From Deinococcaceae bacterium (GTDB lineage Bacteria > Deinococcota > Deinococci > Deinococcales > Trueperaceae): a DNA stretch of 14,180 bases. Below are positions 14,180 to 14,180 of this stretch, piece after piece (the stretch's first letter is position 1; every line of letters starts with the position of its first letter). The DNA lies in contig JBDZWC010000080.1 of assembly GCA_040256005.1 (NCBI GenBank), forward strand, positions 1-14,180. The letters run 5' to 3'. The position numbers were made by a program, and so were the translations under genes. Below the pieces are notes generated by a model, which was given only the letters and a program-made list of their open reading frames with translations, did no database searches and was not told the origin of the DNA.

Positions 14180-14180
14180 G

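Overview
High-GC (roughly 70%) bacterial window dominated by minus-strand genes for secreted or surface proteins. Gene style and a leaderless-type -10 box are compatible with Deinococcota (e.g. Trueperaceae), but this is inference. From right to left: (1) a lipoprotein zinc metallopeptidase with an 11-Pro linker (HEFMH-x18-E); (2) a convergent plus-strand DUF6786-like protein whose 3' end overlaps it by 85 nt; (3) a small DUF983-type Cys4 membrane protein preceded by a tightly folded tRNA-sized leader that can bury its Shine-Dalgarno (SD); (4) an 1893-aa lipoprotein adhesin with an Ig/MBG/YDG stalk and a thrombospondin-C-like lectin tip; (5) a 6TM-PAS-GAF-HD-GYP cyclic-dinucleotide phosphodiesterase; (6) an internalin-like protein with 27 perfectly phased 22-aa LRRs, which the ORF track missed because it runs off the left edge. 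I saw no rRNA, canonical tRNA, CRISPR array or mobile element. The best system-level hypothesis is a c-di-GMP-linked adhesion and shedding locus. It is untested and rests on gene neighbourhood.
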